NCBI GenBank assembly: GCA_030141605.1 | Contig: JAQGDQ010000129.1 | Coordinates: 8,781 to 72,780, forward strand | Reading direction: 5' to 3' | DNA from: Tubiluchus corallicola | Taxonomy: Eukaryota; Animalia; Priapulida | DNA: 64,000 nt | Shown: one piece after another, positions 1 through 13,000 of the stretch | How positions within the stretch are numbered: position 1 is the stretch's first letter | How the letters are laid out: each line of letters opens with the position of its first letter | Notes under the pieces: model-generated | Told to the model about the DNA's origin: nothing | Databases searched by the model: none | What the model saw: the letters and a program-made list of their open reading frames with translations, nothing else | Program-made: the position numbers and the translations under genes

Positions 1-153
1 ATGTGGCGTATCATTCCTCTAACTTGGGAAATAAAATTTTAAACTTAATTAGCTACAGTATTAAGTTAGTATAGTAATTACAGTGATGTTATACACCGAT
101 ATATTTACTTGGCTTCTTGTAACTAACTATAATTGCCATACAAGACTATCTAC

Positions 154-3100
154 CTGAGTGCTACATCTCCGTCACTCCAAAATGTGAATACGTTTGACAT
201 TCCACCTCCTGGAGCACAAGCCATTACCATCACACCAATAGCTTGTTCTGCCTCTAACTGAAATAGTAAAACGCCAAGCCTCCTTTGCTTAATATTACCA
301 ATATTACTGAATACATGTATTTGCATCATGTTTATTGAAAAAACAGCAAAAAATCGTTAAACTTTAAACTAGGACAAGCAGTAGTTGCGCCCTTAATTTT
401 TCACAAGCTTCAGTTGGCGAAAGTAGAATAATTCAATGCGTGTTATTCTGTTGCAGTACTGAAGCAAACAAAAAACAATAAAATAAAATATAAAATATAA
501 AATATAAAATATAAAATATAAAATATAAAATATAAAATATAAAATATAAAATATAAAATATAAAATATAAAATATAAAATATAAAATATAAAATATAAAA
601 TATAAAATATAAAATAAAATAAAATAAAATAAAATAAAATAAAATAAAATAAAATAAAATAAAATAAAGTAAAACAAAATCAAATGAAATAAAACAAAAT
701 AGAATAGAATAGAATAGAATAGAATAGAATAAAGTAAAGTAAAGTAAAGTGAAGTGAAGCGAAGCGAAGCGAAGCGAAGCGAAGCGAAGCGAAGCAAAGC
801 AAAGCAAAGCAAAGCAAAGCAAAGCAAAGTAAAGCAAAGTAAAGTAACATAAAATGAAATGAAATGAAATGAAATGAAATGAAATGAAATGAAATGAAAT
901 GAAATGAAATGAAATGAAATGAAATGAAATGAAATGAAATGAAATGAAATAAAATAAAATAAAATAAAATAAAATAAAATAAAATAAAATAAAATAAAAT
1001 AAAATAAAATAAAATAAAATAAAATAAAATAAAATAAAATAAAATAAAATAGATGATTTATACTGACATCATCAGTAATAAAATCATCAGACAGTTTGTT
1101 GAACCATTCCACCTGAACAGTTTGGCTTCGGTAGCTCTACCAGTATCGGAGAAAACGCAACAAGAAGCAGGGCATTCCACACTTCACAAGTTTGTTAAAG
1201 AATATACTGCAGTTAACTTTGTTAAATACCTTTCTGGTATCCAGAAACACAAATATACAGTCCACTACTTTCCGAGTAACTAAAATTTTTCTATAGTAAT
1301 TAGACCTAGGATCTGAATGTAATCAAATTAATTTACATGCTTTTTTATTGCTCAGGATGGATAATTTTTTCATTTTATATAGTTTTTAATATACTATGTA
1401 TATATTATATAAATTATATATATTATTATATTATATATTTACCATACTAACTATAATTGCCATACAAGACTATGTATCTGAGTGTTACATCTCCGACATT
1501 ACAAAATGTGACTACATTGGACATTCCACTACATAGGCGTGATGGAATAGGATATCTATCTATATGTAGTATATCTGTCTATATTTCGATGGATCGATAT
1601 ACAGATTATACTTACATATAATTTGTTTTACCTTTTTCTAAAATATTCTATACCCTCAGCAAAATTATATGTACAACTATGTACGCATCTACAGGATCTG
1701 CAGCACCTGCATTTATAACATTGGTCATTAATAATGAATCACATGACAACACCTGAGCTCCTAGTGGTTGCACGTCAATATTTAAAGGCACAATAGGCTT
1801 TTTATAGTGTTTCTGGTAGTGTGCCATTCAAAACCTTCTTTGCAGTGCACACAGTAACTTTGAATTGCTGACCTTGCAGTTGCAGCTACAGGCATGCAAT
1901 CCAGGTTTTAAAATTTAAATGAGATTAAAAAGAGATTGAATACTAAAAAGAATTTTGCGTTCGTGCACTATTTTTGTTACAATTCCGCGCCATTGGTTGA
2001 CTTGCGTGACAAAACAAACAAAAAAATTCCTAACCCACCGACAAAGAAATGCTGATATGTAATAGACTATCGTGTACGTTGCCTACGCTGAATACCTGCA
2101 ATATCTGTTACTTAAGATACTTTTGTTCACGATCCATTGTACAGATCTACAATTAAAAGATAGCAGGTCATCCAAATTTATCACACTGTTTTATCTTACA
2201 AATTTATCTCTATCCGAAAAATATCTGATCTTAAGCACATCTATATCTAAATATTCTTTACCAAATATTCTTAATCTGACGGAAATGAATGAGCGCCACC
2301 AAAAGGCAATACATATATTTCTAGTAGACATGCAGACGAAAACCTTTTTATCAGTCTTTTTTCACTTCCTGTTCTCGACTATACATTGTTCTCTAATTAA
2401 CGTCTAAGGAAGATAAAAAACTATGTCTCGTGGCATATTTATTTAAATCCATTAATACCCATATTTAAGAGTTTTGATTTCTTAGTCTGCTACAGATCTG
2501 ATGTCTTATAGCGCACTGAACTAGTCTATTAATTCTTTACCCCATTCAAATAAAACTATTTTCGTAAGATACTCCGAGCTTTATGCTGAGGGAATATAAA
2601 TAAATGAACTTATTTGTAAATGTGTCTTTTACTTCTAAGAAAGTACTCTTGCTACTTACATCAGATCTATGATTCCTAAGCCAAAACAAACGCCATTAGA
2701 AGGAGAAATATTTGCGGACATAGCGGCTGTGACCAACGAGATTTATGGGCTTGGTTTTCAGAAGCGTCTTGAGACCATTAGTGCATATACCATAGCAAAC
2801 AAGGTAGATGCATGTACTAATGTGAATTAGCAAACAGGTTATACGTACAAAGAACTATAGCAGCCATATATTTTATGATGAGCGCGTGTACCTTTAAGTA
2901 ACATAACGATTGTAGAAGTCGAATGGAGAATAGTTAGGGAGTAGGAACGAAATATCTATTTTAGTTTACAATAGAACTTAGTCTCCTACCTTCAACCAGT
3001 GAGCCAATCCAAACGCCACTGGAGGAAGGAGAAACATTTGCGGAATGATGCCGGCGCAAAGACCAATTGGGTTTCGGATTTTAGAGACCACCTGATCCCA

Positions 3101-3244
3101 AGTAAGTGTACATCCCATTGCGAACAACATAGCTATCAGTATTGCACTCATTATCAACTGGCTTGCACGTTCAAGGTGCGAGTCTTCATCTGTGATTGCT
3201 GAATCATTTGAAAATGTACCCGATGAGTATACGACGAATTGCAT
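154..3244 (-). CDS. SLC10A2: SLC10-family sodium/bile acid cotransporter (ASBT/SLC10A2-like), first two coding exons (3244-2990, 257-154); gene continues past the left edge
   Basis: Exon 3244-2990 reads MQFVVYSSG...IAMLFAMGCTLTWDQVVSKIRNPIGLCAGIIPQMFLLPPVAFGLAHWLK and ends AAG|GTAGG. Exon 257-154 (TTTCAG|...CTCAG|GTAGA) reads LEAEQAIGVMVMACAPGGGMSNVFTFWSDGDVALS, matching the SLC10 signature CxPGGxxSN...DGDxxLS. The exons join in frame. The symbol is family-level; orthology is not established. Confidence 0.88.
483..1050. repeat. Compound microsatellite: (ATAAAAT)n, then pentamer blocks AAAAT/AGAAT/AAAGT/GAAGT/GAAGC/AAAGC/GAAAT/AAAAT
   Basis: Read directly; it produces the spurious ORFs 393-1112 and 433-837. 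Confidence 0.97.
1446..1529 (-). pseudogene. Dead partial duplicate of SLC10 exon 2 and its donor region
   Basis: Aligns without gaps to 122-206. It translates SGMSNVVTFCNVGDVTL versus GGMSNVFTFWSDGDVAL, and the donor GT is mutated to AT. Confidence 0.85.
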
Positions 3245-3840
3245 TACGAACTACAAAGTCACTGCCTTTTGCTGTCATATTTTTCAAAAATTGTATCGCT
3301 AAGCTGGGCACAACGTAGTTCACCATTCAAATTTTCACAAAGCTGAAACTGCAGCACAGTAACACAAGTGTATAGTTATGCTCTATCGAATGATTTAATT
3401 TTCATGTGTTTCCTGCGTGGAGGTAGTTAGCTTCATCAACGTTTTTACTCATTCAGCGTATGTTACTCATGAATAATTTAGATCATAGAGAAAGGCTAAC
3501 CTGGTGAACCTTGGATTGTTTCCACGTATTTGGTTACACTTATTATAAGCATCACAGTTTGAGCCAATTTCGTGTTCAGTTGTGCAACATTATGAGTGGA
3601 AGTCAGCGAAGCTAGTTTGATTCTACTATGGTCAATATTTGCCTGTTACAGCACTCGTAGATCAGCGAGAATAAGTTATGGAACGCAATAATTGAAAAAT
3701 CTGCTGCTAATATCGAACGTTTATGACGTTTATCATTTATGACGTAAATCACAGTTGGTAGCCGACAGCATTTTGTAACGTTAGCTAGTGATGAAACAAT
3801 GTGAAATCACAGTGCTAACCATGCTTCTTTCTCAGAAATC

Positions 3841-4741
3841 CCAGGTAAAAATGACACAGGAAAATGGTACAGGAGAAAATAGCACTCTTAGTAAAATATG
3901 AGTTTAGGGTTAAGGTTACTGCGGGGGATGATTATTTTACTTATTTACCTCTGTGAAGGAAGTTAAGCTTCAACACAGCTTGTTTGTTTGTTTAGTTGTT
4001 TTTGTCTGTTATGGGAGTAAGCTTATTACGCAAAAACTGCCTACTCAAAACTTTGCGGAAAAAGACGGGTATAGGGTGCCGAAATGGGAATTTTTTCGCC
4101 GGTTCTTGATTTTCAAAATTATTAGTAGTAAAAGTTGACATAATGCCATTCGTAAAGCACTTCGTGGAAATCTCCGAAGGAGTGTTTATTACTTCTTTTT
4201 ATTATCATCTCCACCTGGACAAACAACTACAGGTTAGTTCCAGGTTCCATTCGCGAAATTTTCGCTTGCAAAACTGTAACACCGTCTATAACCTTTGTTT
4301 ATTAAGGTGTATAGGTTTATTAGCTGACTTGGTATGCAAATACATATATTTGCCAGTCTATTACCATCGCCAAAATTAATGGTTAAAAAGGTAGATAAAC
4401 ATTGTGTGCAACATTCCTACGTTAGTGATTATAAATCTATTTAATGAACAAAATATTTTGTGAGTCTTTTGCTAATTTGTATAATACCAACACAGGTATA
4501 TTTTTGTTTTACGTTTTTTAATCAAATGAATCAGACGAATAAGTTGATGATTGTTCGGCTTTGGCCGAAGTTACTGAACAACGCGTTTCTAGTTTTATTA
4601 TAGAAACCAATTGCACCGAAACAACACATGCTATATTTCATGCTTTTCCATTTGGGCCATTTTTACCAACTTTTACATCTGTGCCATTTTTTCCTGTTTT
4701 TCTCGTGCCATTTTACCGATGCCACTTTTACCGCCGCACCC
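3841..4741. mobile_element. Decayed non-autonomous DNA element with inverted subterminal GGTAAAA(A)TGGCAC-type repeats
   Basis: The left end has GGTAAAAATGACAC/GGAAAATGGTAC/GAAAATAGCAC; the right end has the reverse-complement motifs GTGCCATTTTTTCC, GTGCCATTTTACC and ATGCCACTTTTACC. Confidence 0.5.
3943..4200 (+). mobile_element. Helentron-derived non-autonomous element (HINE/DINE-1-like), nested
   Basis: Layout is TTACCTCTGTGAAGGAAGTT, a (GTTT)n microsatellite, then ATTACGCAAAAACT, ending in a T-run. This resembles DINE-1-like elements from memory of the family; no search was run. Confidence 0.45.
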
Positions 4742-5587
4742 AGAAGAGTAGGATGGCTGAATCGTGCTCAAAAATACCGATTTTGATTATATTTTTACAA
4801 ATCGACTATTCGACTTTGCGTGAAGTATTATAAATCTTGGCTTTGCATACTTGCGCCTCAGCTGTTAATTTTAACTCATTTTACAGATTACGTGAAATTT
4901 TACCCGTCTACTTAGTTTTAGTATCGGTCAAAATTTCAGTAATTTGCTCAAATGATGCCCATTGCTATGTAAGGCATCTCATATAAGTGGTATCAGTGCT
5001 TTCTTAGAAGATGGTCTGAATATTCTAGAACATCTAGGGCTTGTTCTGTTAATGCTCTTCGCGTTTTCACCTATGTCTTTCCTGAACGTTTCTAGATACA
5101 GATCAATTGCTCGTAAATTCATTTCCCTCGGGCATTTTTTTCTGAAGAATCCTTTCGCAGAAAATTATTTCTTTGTTGACTACAAAATTTATCTGTTTCA
5201 AGACGGACGTCAGAAGATTGTGTCTATCGCTATCAATTTAGCTATAAACAATTTACCGGACTGGAATTGCCTTTTCAGTTTGTAGCTGTCGACCTGAACC
5301 TGAGTGGCCGCGACAATATACAAAACTGGTAACAACTTCTGAAGCACACAAATACAAAAAGTCCTATAGCCACGAACGTCATTTGATAATGTTAGTTAGC
5401 AGACAGGGTAAACCTTTATAGCTTCACACCCCTAGTTTGAAGGCTATTGAACTTTTTGTATTTATGTATTACATATGTTGTTGGCATTTTTGTATATTGT
5501 CTCTGCTACGCTCGGTAATGGCCACACTTAAACATTTGTAAAGTAAATTATCTAGTGATAAGAAACATTTTACGCCTTGAAATAGAA

Positions 5588-5750
5588 CGATGACGGCGAT
5601 AAAGATGGTGGTGATTTTGATGATGATGATGATAATGAAGACGGTTTTGTTGGTGGCAATGGTGGTGACGATGATGACAATGATGGCGATGATGCCGATG
5701 ATAATGACGATGACAATGACGACGACAGCGATAATGGCGATAATTATCAG
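5588..5750. repeat. Degenerate (GAT/GAC/GGT)n trinucleotide repeat
   Basis: Read directly. Confidence 0.9.
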
Positions 5751-6867
5751 CACTGTAATTATCACCATAGGTGTATAATAAATTGAAACTCTAACTTTTC
5801 TTTACACAATGCTTGATATAGTGGTTTTAATCTCACGTTTTTGTAGCTGACCTGACTTACGATAGTGTTAGTGTATTATAAAAACATAAGAGAATTGTAG
5901 ATAATTGCGATCTTTTTATTATACGTCACCATGCGTACCACGTGGCGCTAGTTGTTCAAGAGCGATAAAACATGTTATTTGAGGTCTCGCACGGAAAATA
6001 GGCATCATGCTTTCAGTTGAACTACATGACTCTGTGCTCTGCAGTATCACTACCGGCATTTCTGACCTTGATCTAGAGAGAGAAATTCTCTACACAAACG
6101 CCGTGACTAATCCAGTAATAGACAATTCCATTTCTATCGGCCACTGTACATTCAAGGTTAATTTTAGGCCAAATCTAAGTCTTAGTTTATTCGGTGGCGA
6201 TATTTGCAAGACACATAATTATTTCATCTTACTTTTTCCACAGAATTCTTGAGTAGTTTATTTGTATTACATACACATACGTTTGCAGAAATTAAATCAC
6301 GATGTTTAATTACCATACTTTAGATGTGTAATTTACAAAATTTAACTGCTAGCTGATGCTATCTAAGTTTGTAATTACGGTGTTAATACTTATGAATATT
6401 AAAATCATTTGTATTACAAAACGCTTTAATTCTGCAATTTTTTATATGAATTATGTTACTCAATTATTTTCCCTCCAATTATCATTTGATTATTGACCTA
6501 TTAATCAATATTTCATAAAAACTCTAGAATTTAAATTATAATAAAACGAATAGTTTTCATTTTAATAAAATAAGATGACTTTGTGTTCAACAATTATGTT
6601 AAGTAAATTTCTTTATCAATGGAATAATAGTGAGCTCTATAAAACAGCACGGTGCAAGTTGACCTTCCGAGCTAACAACGGTTTATAAAATAATAAGCAC
6701 CGAGCAAATTGATTGTTTTGCTTGGAAAGAGTCTGAATTTGACACACTTTTCGCAGGTGTAGCGCCTAGGCACACACTGGTTGAACGTACTTTTCATGGT
6801 CATGGGCAGGCGTTGGAGACATCTCCAGAGATCCGCTTGTCCTCGACGCTACATGATGGTTACAGAC

Positions 6868-6875
6868 CATATAAC
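6868..6875 (+). promoter_or_regulatory. Candidate TATA element upstream of the poly-EGF gene
   Basis: CATATAAC in a locally GC-richer segment ~130 bp upstream of the ATG at 7004. Alternative TATAAAA elements lie at ~6638 and ~6684. Confidence 0.25.
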
Positions 6876-7003
6876 TGGGCTGCGGTTGAGAGAGAAAGCA
6901 TGAGTCGTAAAGTAGGGCAGTGAAAGTTACACACTCGAAACTAGGTGAAGTTCAGTGCGATACTTTTAGAGCTTTGAAGTTTCACTTTCTTTTTGATTCA
7001 TCA

Positions 7004-10000
7004 ATGGAGAAACGCGATCATTTCCACACTTGGCAAGTTTTATATTTCTTGCGTATAAGATTTTTATTTCATATTGTATTGTAAGAGTATTATACATGAT
7101 AAGATTTTAATAATTGGAATCAGTGGAACTGCAATTTTTCAAACTAAAAAATCTGCAGGAATTAACAATGGGTGCTTAAACATTTTTGTCAGACAAAACA
7201 GAGAGAGGTTTTATAAAATCTATGTAGTCCCACTGAAATTCAATTTTATGCCTGTTAAAAGTATTTTGTCTTTGCCTTTTCAAATATAATCGCGTAGATA
7301 GAACATATAGAGGTTTGCTGTCTTCTTTATCATTTGTAATGTATAAATTTGCTACATCATGATTAATTAATAATTTTGCAATAACACTGGTTTCATAGCA
7401 TTTAGGAGCGCTTAGGTACATTATTTGAACTTTTTATTGCATTTGTCCCCTGCGTTACAATTCAAATTAGAATTAGAATTAGATGATAGATTTAGACTAC
7501 TCTGTTGAATATTCTTAATGCGCAATCTTGAAGGTGTGTGGTTATGTTTTGGCTTTAAACATCGGAATAAAATGTCGTTGACAATCAGTTTTTTTAATAT
7601 TCTTGCTCTATATCTCATCCCACAGTTAAAAATTGTAATATTGTGACAGTCGATATCGTGTAAGTTTCAAGGTATCAGTCAGGAACGTTTTAACGTTCAG
7701 TGATTCAGGACATTATGTTCTTCAGTGCAGTTACTTACAGTAACATTAGTTTTCAAAATAATAGGATGGTTAGAACTATTATAACAAAGCGCCGTCTTGG
7801 CACCATTACATGTCATTACAATCGTTACATAAGCGCTAGGAAATTAGTGAAAACGTCAAAATCATTACTTTCAAAGTACAAGCAAAACACAAAACTGTTC
7901 TACTTTTCACAAAAAGCGCAATGAATTTACTAAAAGAAAAGAAGTGTCAATAAGAAATTTGTTATCAAGGTTGCATTGAAGTGAAGTTTAAACTACGAGT
8001 AGCAATTCCTTGGCTTTTATAACTTTAGCATGCTAACAAACGTCATTAGAAGATTTAGTAAATTAAATCTTTTCTAATTTCCATGCTTTTATTTTTCAGG
8101 AATTGCTTCTTGGTACTGTTTGTGGCTTTGGTTCTTCCTGTTGAAGTAAAGTCAGAAGATCTCACTCATGGTGTATTAGTTGCCGCAAGTAACGTACCTG
8201 GTAGGGGAGTTGCTTATCACACAGAAAGAGCAGGTATTTAGTAGCAATAATTTTAATGAGCCCAAAACATCTTGGATACAGAGAAAGTTAGAAACATTTA
8301 AAAAAATAAACAAGCAAACAAAATCTTACATAGCAGGCAATTGTTATTCTTGACTATGAATAATTTACAACTGCATACATGCATCATACTTGCAAAATTC
8401 TGTTATATCTATAATAAAAATCAGAATATTAAAACACCATTCAAGGTTTAAAAAACTGAAATACGTAGACAAGTTAGTAAATTGTACATGGGACAAGACC
8501 AAAGCACTGATGTTCTGAAAGTGTCTCTGTAACTTCAGTTCGAGGGAACTTATGAAACTTCAGTATTCAGTGCCAAAATGTTCGGCTACCCTATACTTGA
8601 ATTTTGCTATCCAAAGTTCTTCTCTGTCTGAATAACAGAGGACAAACGTTTTTTCCCTTTTTTCAGTCATACCAGCAGGAGAATTATGCTACCCAAATCC
8701 TTGCGCGAATGGTGGCGACTGCATGGTGTTTAAGAATGGGCTAAAAATCTCAGCAGCCTGCAAGTGCCTTCATGGCTACACAGGTGTGTACTGTGAATCC
8801 CATCTAGGAGGTGGTCTCTTTGACGGCTATTATTCCCCGGAGGCTCACGGCAGTGGTTACTATGCACCCAGCAAGGAACTTAGTGGAGGGTATTACGCTC
8901 CCGCCGTTAAATCACAAGATGGATATACTAGTGATTATTATGCACCTACAGGAACAGGTACTGGAGATTACTATGCACCCGAGAAAAAAGCGGGCGACTA
9001 TTATGCGCCTGAGGAAAAAACAGGTGATTATTACGCACCAGAGGAAAAAGATGAAAGTTACATTGTTCCTGAAGAGAAAGGAAGTGGTTATTACGCTCCG
9101 GATGGCGCCCATGGTCATAAAAAAGAACATGGTGTCCACCAAGATCATCCAGGTTCCTCACTTGTTGTGCCTTACATTGAAAAGCCAGAGGACGTGGCTG
9201 GACTTTGCTATCCTAATCCTTGCCATAACAATGGAGTGTGCCAGTCTAATATATTGAATGGAATCAGAGTTCGTAGATGTCAGTGTGCATATGGATACTC
9301 CGGTGTCCATTGCGAATATTATCAAGGTAACAGCAATCACGGAAACTCGTATGACATATGCTATCCCAATCCATGTAACAATGGAGGAGTGTGCAAAACT
9401 TTCCAGAGATGGGGAAGAACTTTTAAATCTTGCGTCTGCCCGTACGGTTACAGTGGACTCCATTGTGATTATCATCAACAGCGTAAGTTTTTTTTATCCC
9501 TCCGTCTAATACAAATTAGCAATGATGTATGTAAATATAAAAATTGATTTAACAGGAATGGTTTTGCTGGTCTACTAGCAGATTCAGCTGAATTGAACTC
9601 ATTCTAAGCTAGTTTGAATTAGTTTGGTACATTATTTGCCAGTACATCGTTACGATACACTGTTTGACCACTTTGACTTTGCTATTCATATTAGATTAGA
9701 GGATGCTAATGCGAGAAGCTTCTTTTATTAATAAGTTTCATTTATATTTTCTTGATTACCTGTAAACATCTCTTCAGTTACTACCAGATTATGGAGATGT
9801 GAGTAGGCAATGCAAGACGGAAATGTAGCTGCCTTGCAGTCTGGCTGTCTGTCTGGGATTTAATAATAAAAGAAGCTTTCCATAACTAGCAGACGTAAAC
9901 GTAAAATTAATAGCGAAATCGAAAGTTGGGCATATGCTTACAATTTGGTTTGTTAGAATTCGGTTTGTGAAACAAATAACATTCTTAATAATTGATGTCC

Positions 10001-13000
10001 TCGCAAACAATGTAAATTTCAAGATATTGTAGTATGATTATTGTATCAACCCAACTGAAGATGCTAGTCGATGTTGCGAAAATGTTCCTGCGTAAGTCTG
10101 TTTTATTAATATTTACAGCTTAAGGTTCTAGTTTTGCCGAGTATTCTGTGTGCAAACACATTTTAAATATTGTAAGAGTACTTTGTCGCCCGGTTTATTG
10201 ATTATTACTTTCTTTATAAAATTAGCTTTTCGTCTTATGGTCAACTGGCTGGCGTGGTTTCTTGATAAGTAACAACGAAATAAAATTGAGACTGATTTTT
10301 GGCAACCACCCAGTTCATTACATTTTACCAAAAACGCTCAGCTGAATAGAGCAAAAATTGGATTTAACTGTGCTAACTTTGTCAAAATAGCGTCTTCCAA
10401 AATATTAGCAGACAAATTAAGTACCAGTCGTGTATAAAACTAAAAAAACACATTTACTTTTTTTAGGTTACGATCCCTGTTATGAGAACCCTTGTCAGAA
10501 CGATGCATACTGCCATCCTGTAGCCCGCAACAGTAACTATGCCTACAATGTTTACGAAAACAATGAACATGATTACGTATGTGAATGCATAGGCGATGCC
10601 TACAGCGGCCATCATTGCGAGATATACGGTAATATATGTCACGATAATCTTTTAGTGTGGTGTGGAGTCCTTCCACGAAACAACAGAATAATGTGTAAGA
10701 AAACAATACCTTTATTGGCAAGTTACAGGAAGTAGGTTCAGAGTTTACACTGTCATGGATTAATCTAACTGGATCAGTAAAAAGTAGAGAAACCTTTATA
10801 CAGACCAAATGCATAATAGTGGCTTCAATAGAAAGTCACATTTAGCGTGAAAGGGGCGTTCAGTGCAATATAAACATAAAATACGTGATTACAGATCGAA
10901 GATGCCAGAATACATGGCTGTGATATCGCTGTACTTGAGTCTAACAGCATGCCATGAAATGCCATGGTAATGCGTCCATTGCCTCATCATGATAGGCTCT
11001 AGTCAACATCTTCAATTTTTGGTCACATCAAGGCATTTCCATCATAAATAAACCCTGAAAACCTGTGTGATCTCTAAATATAGTTCGACACGCTCCAAGG
11101 TGTCAACGGAGAAGCATACTTAATGTAAGCTTAATGATTGTGGCACTTTGTTATTATCAAGGATAATCTTTTGGAATAAGCACCTGAGTCGACAGAGGTA
11201 CGTTAGTCATGCTCTCATGTATACACTTTTCCTCAAACGATATAGGTAGTCGTTGCAATATGGCAGATGAATGTGTCTAAGTGTTTTTTCTGGCAGTCAT
11301 CCATCCATTTACTAATCAGACAGAGTTGCTTAAGTTCGGTCGCCAAGTATACCTCGTGCTATTCAGTTGTTTCTTTTATCCTGCGATGAGTACTGTATAG
11401 TTATCCAATCAAGCCATTTATGTAATAACTTTGGAAGTTTTTACTACTTTTGGTTTTAACCATATCCACCTTTTCTTGTGCGATGGAGCAATATCCATTC
11501 TACTCAATAATTGTGGGAATCATATCTCTGCTGATTTTTCTTCGCATTGCAACCATAAGGGAATCGACCAGAGATTCCTTTGTTCACTGACACTAACACC
11601 GTCCGCTGGTACAGGTGGCGGATTATAAAAATAGAGATGTACTTCTAACGTCTTAATGTTTTTGTAATATTATCAGTAGGAAGGTCATCGAAGATTTGGT
11701 CATCTGTCTAACGCGAGCTAGAGTGCCTTTCCAAGAAAATATATCTCCAAGAAAGAGAATAGGAACAAAAATATGTTTCACGAATTTCTCTTACTATATT
11801 TTTACCATTTCCTTAATTCCATGACTTTATAATTATTGTTCTAGACCCATGCTACGACGGGCCTTGCCAGCATAAAGGTGTTTGCCATAAACAGCCTGAT
11901 GATTACACTGGAGACCATGAATACTATTGCACATGTCCGTATGGGTGGACTGGTTATAATTGTCAAGATGTTTACGGTAGGAAAATGTTTGTTTAAGATT
12001 TTTGTACGCACGAACATTGCTATACGAACACGAATGTATATTATTTAAGCTGCTTCCATAATTGACAAACATATTGGTCTATCGCCCCGCCTCCGCTGTG
12101 ACGTGAGCACACTTAGCGGCATTCGGGAAAACAGCTCACGCTGGACAACAATTGTCTAAACTAAACTAAACTAAACTAAACTAAGACTAAGACTAAGACT
12201 AAGACTAAGACTAAGACTAAGACTAAGACTAAGACTAAGACTAAGACTAAGACTAAGACTAAGACTAAGACTAAGACTAAGACTAAGACTAAGACTAAGA
12301 CTAAGACTAAGACTAAGACTAAGACTAAGACTAAGACAAAGACTAAGACTAAGACTAAGACTAAGACTAAGACTAAGACTAAGACTAAGACTAAGACTAA
12401 GACTAAGACTAAGACTAAGACTAAGACTAAGACTAAGACTAAGACTAAGACTAAGACTAAGACTAAGACTAAGACTAAGACTAAACTAAAACTAAACTAA
12501 ACTAAACTAAACTAAACTAAACTAAACTAAACTAAAACTAAACTAAACTAAACTAAGACTAAGACTAAGACTAAGACTAAGACTAAGACTAAGACTAAGA
12601 CTAAGACTAAGACTAAGACTAAGACTAAGACTAAGACTAAGACTAAGACTAAGACTAAGACTAAGACTAAGACTAAGACTAAGACTAAGACTAAGACTAA
12701 GACTAAGACTAAGACTAAGACTAAGACTAAGACTAAGACTAAGACTAAGACTAAGACTAAGACTAAGACTAAGACTAAGACTAAGACTAAGACTAAGACT
12801 AAGACTAAGACTAAGACTAAGACTAAGACTAAGACTAAGACTAAGACTAAGACTAAGACTAAGACTAAGACTAAGACTAAGACTAAGACTAAAACTAAAC
12901 TAAACTAAACTAAACTAAACTAAACTAAACTAAACTAAACTAAAACTAAACTAAACTAAACTAAACAACATGACAGTCACAACTAATGTCTAACCGGCAG

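Noticed and set aside
393-1112. 239-aa and 134-aa hydrophobic ORFs
   Set aside because: They are translations of a compound microsatellite.
3901-3918. TTAGGGTTAAGG telomere-like motif
   Set aside because: Only about two units, inside a decayed transposon end.
9778-9798. Possible 21-nt micro-exon (CTTCAG|...GAT|GTGAGT)
   Set aside because: It keeps frame but would add LTTRLWRC with an unpaired Cys, and nothing else supports it.
11200-11630. Possible CR1/L2 LINE remnant on the - strand
   Set aside because: The resemblance is too faint to support without a database search.
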